Source of the DNA: Eledone cirrhosa | Lineage: Eukaryota | Reading direction: 5' to 3' | Length of the DNA: 64,000 bases | NCBI GenBank assembly: GCA_964016885.1 | Contig: OZ024740.1 | Span: forward strand, 42,842,001-42,906,000 | Part shown: positions 58,515 through 64,000 of the stretch, piece by piece | How positions within the stretch are numbered: position 1 is the stretch's first letter | How the letters are laid out: the number at the start of each line of letters is the position of its first letter | Translations under genes and position numbers: made by a program | The notes under the pieces: generated by a model | The model's database searches: none | Told to the model about the DNA's origin: nothing | What the model saw: the letters and a program-made list of their open reading frames with translations, nothing else

Positions 58515-58595
<81 letters not shown>

Positions 58596-58599
58596 TACT

Positions 58600-58655
<56 letters not shown>

Positions 58656-58969
58656 ATATATACGGCTGAAGTTTTATTTGAAAAATCTACACAAACACGG
58701 GTGAACTAACTTCAAATCACCTTCACCAAAGAAACTAACTCAAACAACGAAATCTGGATGTTAGAAATGTCCACCAAACTTCGTAAAATCACTTCATTCT
58801 ATCTTAAACAAATGCACAACATATTGTTCGGTATATCCTATACCCTTAATATAAACCTATAGGATAATCACGAGAGGAATGCCATTGATAACAGGTACAG
58901 TTAAGGAGGAATTACCTTGAAATAAATAGAAACAATTAAATTGTCATTAAAAGGTAGTCTGCATAAGGT

Positions 58970-59560
58970 AAATGTTCCGGCACAAGAAGTAATGGCTTGA
59001 ATATTGACCACTGTAGACTGTTGATAGTCCGGCACTAAAAGTAACATCACAAATAGCGACCACTTTTAATAGTCCGGCCTTACTTCACAAATATTAACCT
59101 TTGCTGATTTTTCGGCATTAAAAGTAACGTCAATAATGGTGACCATAGTAGAATGTTGATGGTCCAGCCCTAGAGGTAACGTCACACATAGTGACCACTG
59201 TTGAGTATTGGTTATCCGGTACTAGCGGTAACTGCATGAATGGCAACCACTAGATAATGTATATCGGTCGGCAAGGGAGGTAATGGTTACCATTATTAAA
59301 TCTGGCACTGGCACTAAATTAATGGCGGTGTATTTGCAGTATCAGTAGAGGGATGGACGCCATGTTTTGCAGCAAAGAGTTACGGCCCTTTATGGTCTGA
59401 GTTCAAATCCCGCCGAGGTTAACTTTGCTTTTCATCCTTACGGGGTCTATAAAATAAAGCATCAGTAATACACTGGGATAATTGCTGGCCTTGTGCCAAA
59501 AGTAGAAACAATTATTAAATCTGGCACTGGAAGTAACGCCAATAATGGTGAGCACCGGAA
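58970..59560. repeat. Degenerate ~52-bp minisatellite interrupted by a SINE
   Basis: Recurring tccggcac.a.a.gtaac....a...gtgaccac at ~58976, 59028, 59111, 59163, 59215, 59520. Confidence 0.6.
59324..59513 (+). mobile_element. SINE family 2 with 20-bp target-site duplication
   Basis: attattaaatctggcactgg at 59292-59311 and 59511-59530. Confidence 0.88.
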
Positions 59561-60267
59561 AATCAGTAATTTAATTATAGAGTGCAAATAATTTCATTAT
59601 GAAGATGAAATAAAAAATACTTCTGTTCATGAAATACTTTCTTCCTTGAAACATAAACTGTATCGTGTATTTTGAAAATTTCCTTTTTAAAATTATTTGT
59701 TAATTTCGAATTTAAATGTTTTTGCCTTGTGTAATTTGTAATTTATGATGTTAAATGTATTTTTGATAATTAACACAAAGTGAAAATCCATATATATATA
59801 TATATATATATATTTATATGAATACATACATACATATATATATATAGAGAGATATATATCATCATCATTATCATCATCATCAACGTTTAACGTCCGTGTT
59901 CCACGCTTGCATGGGTTTGGACGAGGGTAGTCCCACTTGAGGCAAGAGTGATTGTCTTGCTCGCATAGGACTGTCTGGCAGGTTTTCTACAGTTGGATGC
60001 CCTTCCTAACACCAACCACATTTACAGTGTGGGTCTGGGAGGTTTTTACCGTGATGCCTACACGGCCACATTACAGCGTGGACTGTGTGTTTTTTTGTCG
60101 TGACACCTACACGATCTCATTTGTTTCGGCCTGGATGGTGTGGCACCAACATAACTTTACATAGAACGGGGTGGTGTGGATGGGGTGGGGGTGGGCGTGG
60201 GGGGGCGCGGGGGGGGGGGGTATTTTGTTAGAGATGCCTACTGGCTGTAGTAGGTTTTACTATGTAT

Positions 60268-62133
60268 TTAGGTAAGGTGGGTCTTCTCTGTTACTGAGTA
60301 CCGCCAAAGGTCTCGGTCCAGTGACATTGTCTTGGAGAGGTGTAAGTGTGTGAGGTCGGAGTTTATCAGCTCGTCCCAGGTTTTTCTAGGTCTGCCTATT
60401 CCGTGGCTACCGTCTACCTTTATTGCCCTGCACTTTGTTATACAGCTATCGACTTTCATGCGCATCACGTGTCCATACCAACGTAGCCTTCTCTCGAGTA
60501 AACAACATCTGATCCCTCTTATTTCTAATTTTTTCCTTAGTTCGTTTATGCTTTGCCGTTCACGTATATTACTGTTACACATCCAGCGGAGCATGCAAGC
60601 TTCGTTCCTCTCTAGTCTGCGTATATCCTCTGCACACAATGCCCAGGTCTCACTGCCATGCAACATTGCTGTTCGTATGCAGGCATCGTACAACCTGCCT
60701 TTCATTTTTAGGGAGAACCCTTTAGCAGCTAATAGTGGTATAAGCTCTCTGAACTTTTTCCAACCAGTTCTGACTCTAGCTACTGTACTTTCAGAGCACC
60801 CTCCCCCACTGCTGATTTTATCACCCAGGTAACGGAAGCTGTCCACTATTTCTATAGAACCCTCTGCGCAATTGAAAGAGCTAGTATTTTGTGGGCACTT
60901 GCTGCTACTTATTGCACCAGAGCACCGGCCACATGTAAAATCTATGTTCTTAGTTAGCTTACCTGTGATCCCACTACATCTTTTATGCACCCATACTTTG
61001 CATTTAGGACATAAAATGGAGTTTCTACCTACGCCTTTCCTACACACCGAGCACGACCATTTCCCAGAAGGGACCGCCGCCTTATTTTCTTTCCTACAAA
61101 CTAGAACTTTAGTCTTAGCCAGGTTAATTTTAAGTCCTTTTGATTCTAGGCCGTGCTTCCATGTTTGGAATTTCTTCTCTAGCTCGGCCATTGATTCCGC
61201 TATGAGTGTCAGGTCGTCTGCGTATAGGAGTTCCCATGGGCAGCCGGTCTTGAACTCCTCTGTTATAGCCTGAAGGGCAATAATAAATAGTAGGGGGCTG
61301 AGAACAGAGCCCTGATGGACGCCAACTTTTACGCTAAACTCTTCACTATATTCGTTGTTAATTCTAACCTTGCTGACTGTTTCTTTATACATGGCTTGTA
61401 TAGCTCTCACAAGCCATTCGTCAACGCCTAGTTTTCTAAGAGCCCACCAGATAATGGAGCGGAGGACTCTGTCGAAGGCTTTCTCCAAGTTGACAAAAGC
61501 TAAGTAGAGGGGTTTACGTTTAGCTAGGTACTTCTCCTGTAGTTGTCGTACAATGAAAAGAGCGTCTGTGGTACTTTTGCCTGACACAAACCCGAACGGC
61601 ATTTCATCTAGGTCAATTCTCTCTCTGATTAGTTGTGCTATTACTTTTTCCGTGACCTTCATGACCTGGTCGATTAATTTAATGCCTCTATAGTTACTCC
61701 TATCTAGGGCGTCTCCTTTACCCTTATAACAGTTAACGATGATGCTGCTATGCCAGTCCTTCGGAACAACCCCATTATGTACGACTTGGTTAACTATGCG
61801 GGTGACCATGGTGTGTCCCACCGTGCCAGATGCCTTCAGCATCTCAGCAACTATTTCCGAAGGCCCAGCCGCCTTACCCGTCTTCATATCCTTGATTGCC
61901 TTACTTATTATACTCCCCTCGACTAACACTGCTGGTCCCTCAATTGGGTCGATGTGGGGGAGACTGTCTTTCTCCCATTTATTCTCCTCATTTAGTAGCC
62001 TTTCATAGTGACACTTCCAAGCTACCTTCTTATCAGCGTCGGTGATGGCAAGTATGCCATCATCGTTAAGTACACACTTCTCCCCGACAATATCACGGTT
62101 TTCCTTGACGCATTGCCTAGCAATCCTGAACAC
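60268..62133 (-). CDS. RTE reverse transcriptase with Cys/His-rich insertion
   Basis: NYRGIKL, FVNLEKAFD, GVHQGSVLSPLLF, LYADD, FRYLG, RRLRWYGHV, GRPRKTW. Confidence 0.93.
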   Translation of the reverse strand: MFRIARQCVKENRDIVGEKCVLNDDGILAITDADKKVAWKCHYERLLNEENKWEKDSLPHIDPIEGPAVLVEGSIISKAIKDMKTGKAAGPSEIVAEMLKASGTVGHTMVTRIVNQVVHNGVVPKDWHSSIIVNCYKGKGDALDRSNYRGIKLIDQVMKVTEKVIAQLIRERIDLDEMPFGFVSGKSTTDALFIVRQLQEKYLAKRKPLYLAFVNLEKAFDRVLRSIIWWALRKLGVDEWLVRAIQAMYKETVSKVRINNEYSEEFSVKVGVHQGSVLSPLLFIIALQAITEEFKTGCPWELLYADDLTLIAESMAELEKKFQTWKHGLESKGLKINLAKTKVLVCRKENKAAVPSGKWSCSVCRKGVGRNSILCPKCKVWVHKRCSGITGKLTKNIDFTCGRCSGAISSSKCPQNTSSFNCAEGSIEIVDSFRYLGDKISSGGGCSESTVARVRTGWKKFRELIPLLAAKGFSLKMKGRLYDACIRTAMLHGSETWALCAEDIRRLERNEACMLRWMCNSNIRERQSINELRKKLEIRGIRCCLLERRLRWYGHVMRMKVDSCITKCRAIKVDGSHGIGRPRKTWDELINSDLTHLHLSKTMSLDRDLWRYSVTEKTHLT

Positions 62134-62297
62134 CTCACGTTTCTGGTCCTAGCGTTGTAGAACATGCTTGAACTTTCTTTCCTCAGCTTCCCTTCTTGCT
62201 AAGTACACTTGTCTCCTAGCTTCCCTCCTGGCCACTTGATAGTCTTCTCTACTTCCCCCATCCCGCCATACTTTCCAAGCCTGCTTTTTGGCCTTAA

Positions 62298-63242
62298 TTA
62301 CCCCTCCACCTTACTGTTCCACCACCATGTTACTCTCCTCCTGCCTACAGGCCTGCTCCAGCCACAGACTTCGTCTGTCGCCATCAGCAGGTCTGCTTTC
62401 AGAAATTCCCACTGTCCCTCTATATTGTCCGACTCTAAATGTTCTTCCTTACTGTCGAAAGCATCAAGTAATATGCTTTGAAATTTATTTCTGGCTGTGG
62501 GGTCCTTTAGCTTCCATATTTTTCTCCTGAGGATAGTCCTCTTCTGCTGTCGAGTACGTCTCATCCTGACTATGAGGTCGCTAATTATTAGTCTATGTTG
62601 GGAGGTGCATTCTTCATGGGGGAGGGATTTAGTGTTTACAACAGACACTCTGTCACGTCTTCTGGTAAGGATATAATCTACCTGGCTTGTGTGTTCCCCG
62701 GATCTATAGGTGATCAGGTGATTGTCACGTTTTTTGAAGTTAGGGTTACAGATAGTTAGGTTATTTGCATCACAGAATTCCAGGATTCTGGAGCCTTCCT
62801 CATTTCTAGTACCAAACCCATAGCCTCCATGGATTTCGTCGTAGCCGTCACAATGTTGTCCAACGTGACCATTTAGGTCGCCTGCAATAATTATATAGTC
62901 ACTGTCGGATATTTGGGAGGTAGTTAGCATCAGTGTCTCATAGAATCTGTCTTTTATAGTGCCGGGCAGTCCGGATTGGGGTGCGTACGCAGATATTACT
63001 GTCACCGTAGTTCTATTGAGGACAAGTCGTATTTTAATTATTCTGTCGTTCAGTCTATTTACGTCTATTATCTTATCTGCCCACTTTTCTGCTACCATGA
63101 TTCCTACTCCACCCAGCCCATCGTCGTTTCCCACCCAGAAAAGCTTATAACATCGTTTTTTACCCTCAATGAATCTAGCAGACCCACCCGTCCACCTGGT
63201 CTCTTGAATACAACAAACATCGACCTCCTTACGTTCAAGCAT
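62298..63242 (-). CDS. RTE apurinic/apyrimidinic-type endonuclease domain (ends at a frameshift)
   Basis: 314-aa ORF with EEP/APE motifs. Confidence 0.9.
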   Translation of the reverse strand: MLERKEVDVCCIQETRWTGGSARFIEGKKRCYKLFWVGNDDGLGGVGIMVAEKWADKIIDVNRLNDRIIKIRLVLNRTTVTVISAYAPQSGLPGTIKDRFYETLMLTTSQISDSDYIIIAGDLNGHVGQHCDGYDEIHGGYGFGTRNEEGSRILEFCDANNLTICNPNFKKRDNHLITYRSGEHTSQVDYILTRRRDRVSVVNTKSLPHEECTSQHRLIISDLIVRMRRTRQQKRTILRRKIWKLKDPTARNKFQSILLDAFDSKEEHLESDNIEGQWEFLKADLLMATDEVCGWSRPVGRRRVTWWWNSKVEG

Positions 63243-63806
63243 TTCTACAACCTCGTTAGCTCGACCCTTTAGGGTGCCTACATTTATGGTACCAACTCTG
63301 AAGTTTTGGATTGCGTTTGGGGGTTGGGGGCGGTGGGGGGGCGGTGGGCGATGGGGTTATGTTAGCCGTCCGCGGTCGAAACAATGAGGAGTGCTCGCAT
63401 TCTCGTCCACGAGGTGAATTTGTCTTTATCTTTATCTTTGGCATTGTCGCTGAGCGTCCATATTTTTCTCTCTCTCCTCCACTCTCCAGGATTCCGCAGT
63501 CCATCCATCCATCATATATCGAAAGGCAACCAGGCAAGCGATAGTATAGGCCCCTGGCTTCTGATTGGTCCGCGTAATAATAATACTGGTGATGCGTGGG
63601 GGCTCTGGCTTATGATTGGTCCACGTAATAACAATGGTGGTGCGTGGGGGCGGGAGGGAGAGGTGTTGGGTAGCTAGATAGAAGGTAATGATTGAATGAG
63701 GTCGATCGACTCGATCCCAGACCTCATTCGCTTAATGAGTGGAATGGAGCTCTTCAAAGGGGACCCAGAAAACAACATTTCCATTGGCCTTTAGTATTTC
63801 TATTAC

Positions 63807-63891
63807 TGTGTGCGTGTGTGCGTGCGTGTGTGCGTGCGTGTGTGTGTGTGTGTGTGTATGTGTGTGTGTGTGGGTGTGGGTGTGGGTGTGT

Positions 63892-63967
<76 letters not shown>
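63807..63967. repeat. (TG)n microsatellite
   Basis: Direct reading. Confidence 0.97.
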
Positions 63968-63970
<3 letters not shown>

Positions 63971-64000
63971 ATGGTAGTTGATCGAAGCAGGAGTAAAATA

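Larger units (their letters stand above)
59858..63680 (-). mobile_element. Near-full-length RTE-clade LINE (APE + RT), disrupted
   Basis: APE from ~63305 (FRVGTINVGTL, CCIQETRW, GDLNGHVG, QVDYIL, SQHR); RT ORF 60268-62133; (ATG)n tail at 59858-59881. Confidence 0.96.

Noticed and set aside
58970-59290. CRISPR-like repeat-spacer pattern
   Set aside because: Eukaryotic context, degenerate repeats, related inter-repeat segments and no cas genes

Overview
AT-rich, microsatellite-dense animal genomic DNA with no intact host gene visible. The SINE families and RTE LINEs resemble those of octopod cephalopods (inference). Three layers stand out. (1) About eight heavily decayed, apparently intronless, same-strand (minus) relics of a glycine-receptor/GluCl-like pentameric Cys-loop ion-channel gene form a dead tandem array across the window. 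They are largely missed by the ORF track and were recognised by eye from the order and spacing of motifs across frameshifts. (2) Many Penelope-like retroelements (RT + C-terminal GIY-YIG) and non-coding relatives abut (TA)n tracts, often carry inverted terminal copies, and contain roughly 20 intact or degenerate type I hammerhead ribozyme folds. These include two retrozyme-like non-coding units (418 and 487 nt) and a CAGAAGA core variant shared by four copies. (3) Ordinary repeats: a near-full-length RTE LINE, RTE, L1/Tx1 and CRE-like fragments, tRNA-derived SINEs, mariner relics, and hAT and Tc1/mariner MITEs. Boundaries of degraded features are approximate.
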